Virus record (IMG/VR): IMGVR_UViG_3300031957_002550
Coordinates: 1 to 46,636 of that record
DNA length: 46,636 nt
Strand: one strand, 5' to 3'
From: a virus
Lineage: Duplodnaviria > Caudoviricetes
Positions 1 to 8,636 of the stretch are shown in pieces (position 1 is the stretch's first letter; each line of letters opens with the position of its first letter). Position numbers and translations under genes: made by a program. Below the pieces are notes generated by a model. The model worked only from the letters and a program-made list of their open reading frames with translations. It was not told the origin of the DNA and did not search any database.

Positions 1-1218
1 CAGCTTGCGCCCGGTGAGGAAGGCCGTGTCGGCTATCGCGGGCGTGACGGGAAGATTTACTCGCCAGAATACCTGTCATCGCTGGTGCTTGTGGAGTTGA
101 AGGCGGCGGCAGAAGACCAGCTGGGCCAGCCGATTACCCGCGTGATGATGACGGTTCCGGCCTATTTCATGGGTCCGCAGAAGCAGGCCACGATCGATGC
201 GGCCATGATGGCCGGGTTCGAGCATGTCGAATTGGAGACCGAGCCCCTGGCTGCGGCCATTGCCAGCGGCGTGGACATGGATGGCTACAACAATCTGTTT
301 GTTTTCGATCTCGGCGGCGGCACGTTTGATGTTGCTGTACTGGAGACGGGCCGGGGAGATCTGGACCCCAAAGGCACCAATGGGGACATGTATCTCGGCG
401 GGGTCGACTTTGACAAGCGCATGGTGAGTTGGCTGGTTGAGCAGCACAAGGCCAAGCATGGCCGTGATTTGACCGTCAGGCCCATCCCCATGCTGGCCCT
501 GCATTACCATGCCGAGAAGGCCAAGAAGCGCCTGAGCCGCTTCGACAGCGCCGAGATTTCCATTCCAAGGATCGACACGGATGAGGATGGCGCCCCGATC
601 GGGATGAGCGAAACCATCACCAAGGCCCAGTTCGAGATGATGGTGGAGCAGGAAGTCCTGAAGGCTCTGGAGAAAACGGCCACCGTTCTGAAGCAGTCAA
701 AGCGGGCCAAGGCGGACATTGACCATATCATACTTGTTGGTGGCATGACCCGAATGCCGCTCGTGCAGGAGGCTGTGAGCGCGTTCTTTGGCGGCAAGAA
801 GCCCCGCAAGACGCTGAACCCGGATGAGATCGTGGCGCGCGGCGCTGCCATCTGGGCGGCTCGCAAGGACGGGCGACTGAGGGATTTCAACTATGAAGAC
901 ATCCTGTCTGTCCCTGTCGGCATTGAGGTTCCGGGTGGCGGATACTCGATCGTGTTCGACAGCGGGGAGAAGATGGGCGCGCGCGAAACCATCCAGTTCA
1001 CCAATGTTCGCGAAGGCATGACCGAATTGGCGATCGGGGTTTATCAGGGCGAGCATTGGATGGTGGGCGAGAACCATTTCCTCGGCACCTACAGGTGCAA
1101 TATTGAACCTGGTCCCGAGAAATCCGCAGAAGTGAACATCACGTTTGAGGCCACGCCGTCGGGCCTTCGGATGCTGGACGAGGATGACGGCATTCTCTGG
1201 CAGGGAGACGCATCATGA
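1..1218 (+). CDS. Hsp70/DnaK-family protein, 5'-partial, lacking the C-terminal helical lid
   Basis: Frame 1 is open from base 1 (QLAPGEEGRVGYRGRDGKIYSPEYLSS...); motifs TVPAYF, EPLAAA, FDLGGGTFDV, LGGVDFD, LVGGMTRMP, NPDEIVARGAA, VYQGE. Confidence 0.92.
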   Translation, partial: QLAPGEEGRVGYRGRDGKIYSPEYLSSLVLVELKAAAEDQLGQPITRVMMTVPAYFMGPQKQATIDAAMMAGFEHVELETEPLAAAIASGVDMDGYNNLFVFDLGGGTFDVAVLETGRGDLDPKGTNGDMYLGGVDFDKRMVSWLVEQHKAKHGRDLTVRPIPMLALHYHAEKAKKRLSRFDSAEISIPRIDTDEDGAPIGMSETITKAQFEMMVEQEVLKALEKTATVLKQSKRAKADIDHIILVGGMTRMPLVQEAVSAFFGGKKPRKTLNPDEIVARGAAIWAARKDGRLRDFNYEDILSVPVGIEVPGGGYSIVFDSGEKMGARETIQFTNVREGMTELAIGVYQGEHWMVGENHFLGTYRCNIEPGPEKSAEVNITFEATPSGLRMLDEDDGILWQGDAS

Positions 1219-2435
1219 GCCCGACTGTAAGCGCCATTGGGATGGCCCTGAATATCGAATATGAGCGCCCACCCTTGGGGCTGAACCTTGAGGCGCATCA
1301 GGACACAGCGGGGAATTGGCAGATCGGAGACGGGCTGACGTCTCTGCCGGATGGCACAAAGGTCGGGCCGGGTATGAGCCTGACGCCGGCTGAGTATGCG
1401 GCCGCATCGAATGAGACCTTGCGCAAGTTCGAGGCGGGGGTCCTGCGGCTGGTCTCCAAGGATGTGCAGCTCAACCAGTACCAGTTCGATGCCCTGGTAT
1501 TTCTTGCATGGAATATCGGGCTGGCCGCGTTCGAGGACTCGACCGTCCTGAGCATGGTCAATGCCGAGCGCTGGGAGGATGCCGCCTATCACTTCGGGGA
1601 TTGGGTGTATGCGACCGTGGAGAATGATTTCAATGCGGATGGCACGGTGCGTGGTACCGCGAAGTATGGGCCGGACGGAGTTCTGCTCGCCAAGGGTCAG
1701 ATATGGAAGCGCGCCTATCGCGGTCTGGCCCGGCGCCACATGGCGGAAGCCTGCCTGTCGCTGGGTTTTGACTGGCGTGACGCCTGCCATGAAGACGCCA
1801 TCGAACTCGAATCCGTGTCCGAAAAGACGGATTATGGCTGGCGGGATCGGGTGACTTACAAGACGCCGTGGGCAGATGTGCTGAGGGTTGCGCGTGAGCA
1901 TCCCCTGCCTGCACCGAAGATGCTGGGTGAGAAGGAGGCTGTAATGGGCAAGACACTGGTGCTGCCGGAAAACTGGGATGACCTGACTGCGGATCAGCAG
2001 ACGGCATGGCTGAACAATGACCAGACCGCGAAGCTGAAAGCGAAATCAACTGCGGGCGTTGTTGTCCCGAAGAAGGCGATCATCGAGACGCCAAACCTCA
2101 AGCCTGGCGCTCCGGCCAAGCCGCTGGAAGAATCGAAGTCGGCAAACGGGCTGGCGAAGAAGAAGGCTGGCGAGGAATCGCTCAAGGTCAGCGCCATTGT
2201 GAGTGGCGTCACGGCGACAACTGCCGTGGTGCGCGAGGTGACGGGCGCAGCAAAGGCGGCCACTGAAACCGCGACGGACGCAACCGGGTTCGTTCTGGGG
2301 TTCACGCTCCAGCAGCTCATGATTATCGGCATCATCATTGGCATAGGCACGCTCGCTGTGGGCGCTTTCCGCTGGTGGGTCGGCCGCAACATGCTCTGGG
2401 AAGGGCGCCAAGAGGCTGAGGGACCGAAGATCTGA
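1215..2435 (+). CDS. Endolysin, GH24 phage lysozyme with a C-terminal transmembrane segment
   Basis: LEAHQDTAGNWQIGDG, LNQYQFDALVFLAWNIG, GLARRHMAE; hydrophobic C-terminus LMIIGIIIGIGTLAVGAF; ATGA overlap with Hsp70. Confidence 0.85.
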   Translation: MSPTVSAIGMALNIEYERPPLGLNLEAHQDTAGNWQIGDGLTSLPDGTKVGPGMSLTPAEYAAASNETLRKFEAGVLRLVSKDVQLNQYQFDALVFLAWNIGLAAFEDSTVLSMVNAERWEDAAYHFGDWVYATVENDFNADGTVRGTAKYGPDGVLLAKGQIWKRAYRGLARRHMAEACLSLGFDWRDACHEDAIELESVSEKTDYGWRDRVTYKTPWADVLRVAREHPLPAPKMLGEKEAVMGKTLVLPENWDDLTADQQTAWLNNDQTAKLKAKSTAGVVVPKKAIIETPNLKPGAPAKPLEESKSANGLAKKKAGEESLKVSAIVSGVTATTAVVREVTGAAKAATETATDATGFVLGFTLQQLMIIGIIIGIGTLAVGAFRWWVGRNMLWEGRQEAEGPKI

Positions 2436-2767
2436 TGCCCCCGTTCGGATATGGCCTATATCTCTGGCTGAAGAACAACCCGATCGCGCAAGGCATCGTG
2501 GTGGCGGGCGTGCTGTACGTGGCGTTCAAGGCGTATATCGCGCTGAAGGTTCGGTCTGCCACGGGAAAGTTCAAGCTGAAGCAGGAGCGTGAGGCCCTGA
2601 AGCAACAGCAGCGCGCCAAGGATTATATCGACACTATGGAAGAGGAATTGGAAGATGAAGCGCATGACGCTATTGAGGCCCGCGATCGTGCTGGCCCTCT
2701 CGACCCTGACGGCATGTCAGACGAACAGCACGCCCGCATCTTTGGACGTGACGGCACTTCAAGCTGA
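2435..2767 (+). CDS. Putative inner-membrane spanin (Rz-like)
   Basis: N-terminal TM followed by coiled coil; follows endolysin; overlapped by a lipoprotein ORF. Confidence 0.6.
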   Translation: MPPFGYGLYLWLKNNPIAQGIVVAGVLYVAFKAYIALKVRSATGKFKLKQEREALKQQQRAKDYIDTMEEELEDEAHDAIEARDRAGPLDPDGMSDEQHARIFGRDGTSS

Positions 2768-2963
2768 GGCTGTGGAAAAGGCCAAGGTGAAGTTTTGCCT
2801 GAGCCAAACGCCCCAGACGCTGAACCGCATCACGTGGAAAGATGAGGCGGGGAACATCATGCTGGGCGTGACCGAGCAGCAGTATCGGGCCGCTCCTGCA
2901 TGGGTGAAGTCCTACATCGTCGGCAATGACGCTCAGTTCATAGAGGTGTGCGCGGAGGGATGA
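2655..2963 (+). CDS. Putative outer-membrane lipoprotein spanin (Rz1-like)
   Basis: Signal peptide with lipobox LTAC; overlaps the Rz-like gene in another frame. Confidence 0.65.
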   Translation: MKRMTLLRPAIVLALSTLTACQTNSTPASLDVTALQAEAVEKAKVKFCLSQTPQTLNRITWKDEAGNIMLGVTEQQYRAAPAWVKSYIVGNDAQFIEVCAEG

Positions 2964-3274
2964 CGAGCCTGGCTGAACGGATTGCGCGGAATGCCGAGCG
3001 CTCTGTGCAGCCGGTCAAGTCCTATGACGTCACCAATCTGACGGGCGTTGCGCTTCTCTACTTTCTGGTCGGGCTCAGCCTCATTGCAAGCCTCTGGTTT
3101 GTCGACTGGCTGTCCGACCGATTCAGCGCGGGCATGGACGTCTGCTCCAATCCTCCGGGCGAATATGAGTTCACCGACCTGAGCTGTCAGACCTTTGCCT
3201 GCCTGCACATGAAATCCCGCACGCTTGACCAGCATCACAGCGACGTGGTGCGGTATGTGGACCATTGCCAATAG
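2960..3274 (+). CDS. Membrane protein
   Basis: SD GGAGG then ATG overlapping the previous stop; one TM helix; Cys-containing C-terminus. Confidence 0.6.
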   Translation: MTSLAERIARNAERSVQPVKSYDVTNLTGVALLYFLVGLSLIASLWFVDWLSDRFSAGMDVCSNPPGEYEFTDLSCQTFACLHMKSRTLDQHHSDVVRYVDHCQ

Positions 3275-3336
3275 GGCGTTCCTCCAGCGTTTACAGGGAT
3301 GACCTTACTGTTTGCTCATGAAGGAGGGTCACCCCC

Positions 3337-3558
3337 ATGAGCGAAGTCACCAAGTTCTTCAACAAATCTTACAGCGTCACGACTGACGCGATTGTTTCGG
3401 TTGTGGTTGGGGGCGCGGTTTTTGTTGTCTCCAAGCCCCTGCTGTCCTTCCTGCCTTTCAGTGAAGCGATTGCGGTCGGCCTTGCCGGGACACTTGCGGC
3501 GATGACCTATATCCGCGCCCGCAAGAATCTTGAGAAGACGGATTCCGGCCTCAAATAG
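3337..3558 (+). CDS. Small two-TM protein, holin candidate
   Basis: SD AAGGAGG; two hydrophobic helices and a basic C-terminus; lies in the lysis cluster. Confidence 0.5.
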   Translation: MSEVTKFFNKSYSVTTDAIVSVVVGGAVFVVSKPLLSFLPFSEAIAVGLAGTLAAMTYIRARKNLEKTDSGLK

Positions 3559-6012
3559 ATGACCACATCCAGCGTTACTCCCGCCATTGCGTTTCCCGGC
3601 TCCTCTTCGCCGGGTAATATGGGGCCGTTCTCGCTTATCAAGAGCGGGACATCCATCGCGTCAGACGATGATACGATCCATGTCCTGCGATATTCGACGG
3701 TCACGGATATGGACCCGACTGTCCTGGTGGAGGACACAGACTTCACGCGTTCAACGGATGCGATCACCCTGACTTCCCCGCAAACGGGCCTGCTCACGAC
3801 AGAGCGGCTGTTCGTTTTCCGGGAGGGCACCGTTGAGCAGCTTCTGGATCTTGAGTCTGGCGGGAGCTTTTCGGCTGAAGCGCTGGAAGCCCGGCTGGAT
3901 GAAATCACGAAGTTCGTCGCGGAGGTTTCCCGCAAGGCGGATACGGCGGTAAGGCTCACCCCTTTCAGCACAGATGCCCTGCCGGACAATGTGCCAATGG
4001 AAGCGGCGATCGACAAGGTCATGTACCTGACGGGTACGGCGGGCGCTCCAGAATATGCGTTCATCGAGAACCCTGACAGCCTGATCACAAACACGGCAGC
4101 CCTGGTCCCTTACGTGGAGGCGATCGAGGATGTTGCGGCTGATCTCACTGGCGCCGACACGATCGGCACGGTTGCCGCCGACCTCGCCGGTGATGATGAC
4201 ATCGGGACGGTTTCGGCAAGCATCGCGGACATTATTGCCGCCGCTGCCGCCATTGACGATCTTGCTGCGAAGCAAAACGAAGACGCCACGCTGACGGCTA
4301 TTTCCGGCCTGACGCTCTCTGACGGCGACACAATTGAAGGCACAGGCACCGACACTGTGCGTGCCATCAAGCGCTGGCGTGACAGCTATGCAGAGCTTCA
4401 GGCCATCACGGGGATGCAGTCAGGGGACGTGGCCTATGTCACCTATCGTTCCAGTGCCGGCGATGGGGGCGGGGGCATGTTCCGGTTTGTGTCCACAGAC
4501 CAGTCCACCAACGTGACGAATGATCCGGGCGAGGGTGTATGGCTTGCGCCGGATTCTGACGATACGGGCGCATCTGGCGCATGGAAGCGCATATTCTCCG
4601 GGGCGGCAAATCTGCGCTGGTGGGGCGCGGCAGGCGACGCAACAACCGACGACACAACTGTCATCCAGAATGCGTTTAACTGGATGGAGCAGGCCGCGCA
4701 GGACGAGACAGACACGCGCACGCTTTTTGTGCCACTCGGAAAATACAAGCTGACATCGACCATCACCATGACCGAGGGCTTCCTTGTGCTTGGTGAGGGC
4801 TGCACGATGTTCCGGGACCGACCGTTCAGCACAGACCTGGAGGAAGCGGGGTCATGGTTCTATATCGCCCATACTGGCAAGGGATTTACGCTTGGCGGTC
4901 AAGGGGCCACCTCTGTCCGTGGGGGCGGGGCCATGCGAGATGTCGGGACATATCGGGACCAGCCAACACCTGGATCAAGCTGGGCCCCCACAGCGCACGA
5001 TTATGATGTCTACATCGATGATGGCAATTTTGATCTTGAGAATTTCAGCCTGCTCAATCCCACCAAGGGCATTGCGATTGATGATGTATCAGGGCGCTGC
5101 AACCTCAAGAACATCAGGGGCGATGCCTTTGATGTCCTGATTGATGTCCTGCGCGCCTCTGATGTCCTGCGTATCGATGGGGTGCATTGCTGGCCGTTCT
5201 GGTATGACGACAATATCGATTCTGTGTCCTATATCCGCGAGTACAAGCGCGCGAACCTCAACGTCATCAAGGCGGCCCGGATCGACAACCCGTCGATTGA
5301 GAACGTCTTCGGCATTTATACAAGATGCCTCGTCTATTTTGTCGAGACGGCTGACGGCTCACCTTCTCGGGTTCAGGGGGCTAATTGGGGTGCGGACTCG
5401 TCAACACGCCTGTTCGAGGTGGATGACAGCATCACATCCGGAATGCACCTCGATTTGGTGAATGCGTACTTCTTCGGATATCCGGCGCTGGCCGGCACGC
5501 AGGGTATTTTCGTCCAGGGGTCGGATGCCAGTATCAACCTGTCGCACATCCGCCTTGAGCGCATTGATCGCGCCGGAATCCGTGTGGACACGGGCACTGG
5601 CAATTATATCCGCGTTTCTCATCTACTGGTAGATGACTGGAACAATGGCGGCTCAGGCTATGCTGCCATCAGCAATGCCACGTCCGGAAATACAATTGAG
5701 GTTCTTGGCCAGCCTATCCTGACGGATGGGAACAGCGGGCCGAATTACACGACAACCGGCACTGTCATCATTCCGCACAAGCACGGATATAATGCCAGTG
5801 AGACGTCGGACGGCTCGGGTGATATTGTCATCACGCACGGCCTCGGCATCAGCCCGAATGTCATCATGGCTGAAGTCTACAACAACGCGAACATTGCATG
5901 CCGGGTCTATGCCAAGAGTTCGACCACGTTCACCCTCCGGCTCTACGATGCCGATGCCGGGACGGCTCTGGCGTCTACTGCGGTGAATATCATGTGGGTG
6001 GCGTACTACTAG
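3559..6012 (+). CDS. Tail fiber/tailspike with pectin-lyase-like beta-helix
   Basis: N-terminus resembles podovirus fiber anchors; WWGAAGDATTDDTTVIQNA...LFVPLGKY pectate_lyase_3-type start; C-terminal ITHGLGISP domain. Confidence 0.85.
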   Translation: MTTSSVTPAIAFPGSSSPGNMGPFSLIKSGTSIASDDDTIHVLRYSTVTDMDPTVLVEDTDFTRSTDAITLTSPQTGLLTTERLFVFREGTVEQLLDLESGGSFSAEALEARLDEITKFVAEVSRKADTAVRLTPFSTDALPDNVPMEAAIDKVMYLTGTAGAPEYAFIENPDSLITNTAALVPYVEAIEDVAADLTGADTIGTVAADLAGDDDIGTVSASIADIIAAAAAIDDLAAKQNEDATLTAISGLTLSDGDTIEGTGTDTVRAIKRWRDSYAELQAITGMQSGDVAYVTYRSSAGDGGGGMFRFVSTDQSTNVTNDPGEGVWLAPDSDDTGASGAWKRIFSGAANLRWWGAAGDATTDDTTVIQNAFNWMEQAAQDETDTRTLFVPLGKYKLTSTITMTEGFLVLGEGCTMFRDRPFSTDLEEAGSWFYIAHTGKGFTLGGQGATSVRGGGAMRDVGTYRDQPTPGSSWAPTAHDYDVYIDDGNFDLENFSLLNPTKGIAIDDVSGRCNLKNIRGDAFDVLIDVLRASDVLRIDGVHCWPFWYDDNIDSVSYIREYKRANLNVIKAARIDNPSIENVFGIYTRCLVYFVETADGSPSRVQGANWGADSSTRLFEVDDSITSGMHLDLVNAYFFGYPALAGTQGIFVQGSDASINLSHIRLERIDRAGIRVDTGTGNYIRVSHLLVDDWNNGGSGYAAISNATSGNTIEVLGQPILTDGNSGPNYTTTGTVIIPHKHGYNASETSDGSGDIVITHGLGISPNVIMAEVYNNANIACRVYAKSSTTFTLRLYDADAGTALASTAVNIMWVAYY

Positions 6013-6671
6013 GTCAGGGCGTTCACGAGCTTGATGTCTTCATGATTCATTTCCGCAATGCGCGCCCTGACGCTTTCCGGCACCGGATTCCTGTGCTTGG
6101 GAGGCGTTACATTTTCTCGCTCAACGTCCAGCCTCATGCCGATGAAGTCTTCCAAGGCGGGCCTCTGCTCTGACAGTTTCGACTGATCCAGCACGAGGAT
6201 GCCGCGCTCGCGGATGACCGACAGGGCGGCCTCTGCGGTCGCGTCAGGATGCAGCCGGCGGCACATGCCGTTGAACAGCTCCGGCCAGTTGCCCGGCACC
6301 GGTGTGGCGCTTCGCTGGGCCGCACAGGCGCGTTCAAGGAAGCTGTGCATGTCCCCCTCTTGCGTCCATGAGTGCAGGGCCGTATTCGGGCGGCGCTTGA
6401 GGAAGCCGTAATAGGAGATGATGCGCGAGACCGGATCTCGGAGGATCGTGAAAATCTTGCGCTCGCCGGGAACCAGGCTGAGGTCTGTCATGGAAAAGTG
6501 CCCAGCCAGAACAGGCGTGTCACCAAGCGAAGGTGCGGACTTTCGGAAGTTCTGCCACGGCTCGGAGTCCCCCAGCACGTAGCAGTTTTCGTGACCGATG
6601 GCCTTTTGCATGGCGGCCCTGATGCTTGTGCCTGCGGTTTTTGGAATGTGCAGGAATGCGAGTGGCGGCAT
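6009..6671 (-). CDS. Sulfotransferase family 2 protein
   Basis: PAPS-binding motifs FLHIPKTAGTS and TILRDPVSRIISYY; SD AGGAG. Confidence 0.85.
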   Translation of the reverse strand: MPPLAFLHIPKTAGTSIRAAMQKAIGHENCYVLGDSEPWQNFRKSAPSLGDTPVLAGHFSMTDLSLVPGERKIFTILRDPVSRIISYYGFLKRRPNTALHSWTQEGDMHSFLERACAAQRSATPVPGNWPELFNGMCRRLHPDATAEAALSVIRERGILVLDQSKLSEQRPALEDFIGMRLDVERENVTPPKHRNPVPESVRARIAEMNHEDIKLVNALT

Positions 6672-6744
6672 ATGCCTTCTCCTGAAGGAAGTTTGTTGCG
6701 GGTTTGATCCGGTGCCAGTCAGTGCCGGAGCCGGTTAGTCTGCT

Positions 6745-7056
6745 TTAGGGCTCGATGGAGAGCGTCGTGTATGGCTTTCCATCAACGTGAACCGTCAGCG
6801 CTTTGTATGGAAGTCCGGGGTCTCGCTTCCATGTGAAGCCCATCATCGTCAGCCTTGGGTCTTTGTGCCCGTCTGAACTCACGAAGCAATGCGCAAAGGC
6901 TTGGAAAAACTCTGGGTCTTGCTTGATCGCCATTTCGGCTTCGTACCCGTACCAGACTGAGAGCTTCGGTTCCTTGGAAAGGTGGGCCGTATTTCGCTTC
7001 ACCTCACGCCGGATGTTGTAAAGTTCCCGCATGATTTCGTCATAGACTTTACCCAT
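6745..7056 (-). CDS. Hypothetical protein
   Basis: Abuts the upstream gene in the leftward run. Confidence 0.6.
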   Translation of the reverse strand: MGKVYDEIMRELYNIRREVKRNTAHLSKEPKLSVWYGYEAEMAIKQDPEFFQAFAHCFVSSDGHKDPRLTMMGFTWKRDPGLPYKALTVHVDGKPYTTLSIEP

Positions 7057-7317
7057 TCACCCCTCCACAGCATTGAGCATTGCGGCGTAGATTTCATCGG
7101 GGCTTGGCAACACATCTACGGCGCGAGCACTGTCCATAGCCCCGTTAGCCGCATGCCACATCTCCTCAGTCGGCTCCACCGGCACGATCTTAAGCCCTTG
7201 GGACTCAAGGGCGGATAGGGCGTCAGCAACCGCATCGTCAAGTTCACCGTCCTCGATAGTGAACCGTGTGATGCGCTGTCGCAAAGCCTCAGCCACTCTC
7301 TCTTCCAGTCCTGTCAT
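7057..7317 (-). CDS. Hypothetical phage protein (VPVEPTE motif)
   Basis: SD AAGGAG, ATGA coupling; partial paralog of 7314..7739. Confidence 0.75.
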   Translation of the reverse strand: MTGLEERVAEALRQRITRFTIEDGELDDAVADALSALESQGLKIVPVEPTEEMWHAANGAMDSARAVDVLPSPDEIYAAMLNAVEG

Positions 7318-7621
7318 TGGGTGGGCTCCTTGGTGGGAGACAGGCGGTACTTTTGAAAATCACTCAACAGGGATTCGGGCGTCGGGCGCGGCACCAGACC
7401 GGCCTCGATGGCTTGCTTGAAGCGCTCCCATGTCTTCCCGAAGTTCCGGCCACCATGCTGCATTGTCATAACCGCGCCATCCGCCTCTGGAGCGTGCGAA
7501 ATGTCAGGCCCGCTAGCTAGGTCAAGGCTAACCCATTTCCGCATCCGCTCGTCTGCCTCATACAGCATAGCCTCAGTCGGCTCCACCGGCACGATCTTAA
7601 GCCCTTGGGACTCAAGGGCGG
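7164..7621. repeat. Exact 51-bp direct repeat (7164-7214, 7571-7621)
   Basis: cctcagtcggctccaccggcacgatcttaagcccttgggactcaagggcgg twice; encodes ALESQGLKIVPVEPTE in both genes. Confidence 0.95.
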
Positions 7622-7759
7622 CTGGCAGCGCTCTGAGCTTTGATTCCAGCTGGTGATTGTACCCATGCTCAGGGTCGTTCAATTCATCGTTGAACAATGC
7701 GACCAACTGATCCGCCACTCTCTCTTCCAGTCTATTCATTGTGTGGGCTCCTTGGTGGG
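7292..7759. repeat. 46-bp near-identical repeat covering RBS and gene start (7292-7337, 7714-7759)
   Basis: 42/46 identical by eye. Confidence 0.9.
7314..7739 (-). CDS. Hypothetical phage protein (VPVEPTE motif)
   Basis: SD AAGGAG; shares blocks with 7057..7317. Confidence 0.75.
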   Translation of the reverse strand: MNRLEERVADQLVALFNDELNDPEHGYNHQLESKLRALPAALESQGLKIVPVEPTEAMLYEADERMRKWVSLDLASGPDISHAPEADGAVMTMQHGGRNFGKTWERFKQAIEAGLVPRPTPESLLSDFQKYRLSPTKEPTQ

Positions 7760-7761
7760 GG

Positions 7762-8118
7762 CTATCTCAGGCCAGAGAGCGCGGTGAATGCTTCACGGAT
7801 TCCCCGGTTGAACGCGTCTTCCAAATGCTCTCGCTGGCCCGGCAACATTTCCGATTTCATAAGCAGCGCATTCTCGGGGTCGCTCACCCACAGAAAAAAG
7901 GACTCCCTGCCGACCGCGTTGGCGAACCTGCTAGCCCTGACCATGACCGAAATGGGGTCGAGCTGAGGGGGCAGGCTCGAGTCTTCAATCACCTGCATTG
8001 GCCGCACTATCGGAACCGCAAGGTTCCCCCACTCTAGAAGGCGCTTCGCCCATTCAGGCTGGAGCTTGATCACCGTGACCAGTTCCAATGTTTCTTCATC
8101 GTAAACCGCGTATCTCAT
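7762..8118 (-). CDS. Hypothetical protein
   Basis: Purine-rich SD (GAGGAG) and a candidate promoter upstream. Confidence 0.7.
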   Translation of the reverse strand: MRYAVYDEETLELVTVIKLQPEWAKRLLEWGNLAVPIVRPMQVIEDSSLPPQLDPISVMVRASRFANAVGRESFFLWVSDPENALLMKSEMLPGQREHLEDAFNRGIREAFTALSGLR

Positions 8119-8142
8119 CTCATTCTCTCCTCTCTCTATCCT

Positions 8143-8171
8143 ATCATATTCCGTACACTTACGCGATATAA
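8143..8171 (-). promoter_or_regulatory. Candidate sigma70 promoter for 7762..8118
   Basis: TTATAT-N17-TATGAT on the minus strand. Confidence 0.4.
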
Positions 8172-8175
8172 TTCC

Positions 8176-8203
8176 TTGATTTTACGGGCGAGTTTGGTAG
8201 TGT
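8176..8203 (+). promoter_or_regulatory. Candidate sigma70 promoter for the structured RNA
   Basis: TTGATT-N16-TAGTGT with TG extended -10. Confidence 0.55.
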
Positions 8204-8209
8204 GGGCGT

Positions 8210-8318
8210 AGCGGTTGAAGCTGCGGATTCTAGCCTTCACCAGACGTGACCCGAAGGCTACCGCGTGCGTCCGGCGGGGGAGGTGTCACGATCTCTCCCC
8301 GCGAATCCCCGCAGCTCA
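8210..8318 (+). ncRNA. Putative structured ncRNA, three-way junction with complementary loops
   Basis: P1 8220-8230/8303-8315; P2 8231-8238/8253-8260; P3 8274-8284/8291-8302; loop CGUGAC (8245-8250) complements loop GUCACG (8285-8290). Confidence 0.65.
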
Positions 8319-8582
8319 CTCTCCACGTATAGTGCGGGAGAGGTCTTTCAGGCGCTTGGCGTTTTTGCGGTTGCGCTTCTCCTGAGCCACACGCATCCTC
8401 TGGTGGTCCTCGGATGTTACCACTGTGGCGGGCGTCAGGCCAACATCGACGGCGACATAGCGCTCGGTCTCCGGATCAACGCAATCATTCTCCCACTCGT
8501 CGCCATCTATTCTACGCAGGGACATGCCTCCGAATCCTATGGCTGACATCGCTAGAGCGGCTGATAACTGTGACGATTTCAT
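8316..8582 (-). CDS. Hypothetical protein
   Basis: Purine-rich SD; co-oriented with neighbours. Confidence 0.6.
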   Translation of the reverse strand: MKSSQLSAALAMSAIGFGGMSLRRIDGDEWENDCVDPETERYVAVDVGLTPATVVTSEDHQRMRVAQEKRNRKNAKRLKDLSRTIRGE

Positions 8583-8636
8583 TTCACTTCCATCCTCTTG
8601 ATTGAATCTTACGGCCCTTGGGCCAGTTAGAGTGGG

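Noticed and set aside
1-1218. Host dnaK marking a prophage boundary
   Set aside because: Divergent and lid-less, coupled to the lysozyme, and the att site is internal at 10101; not fully excluded without upstream sequence
3559-6012. BPP-1-like diversity-generating retroelement
   Set aside because: No reverse transcriptase or TR/VR pair seen; the missing part of the genome cannot be assessed
8220-8315. Hammerhead, purine riboswitch or simple terminator identity for the structured RNA
   Set aside because: No CUGANGA/GAAA core, purine-riboswitch junction consensus or U-tract
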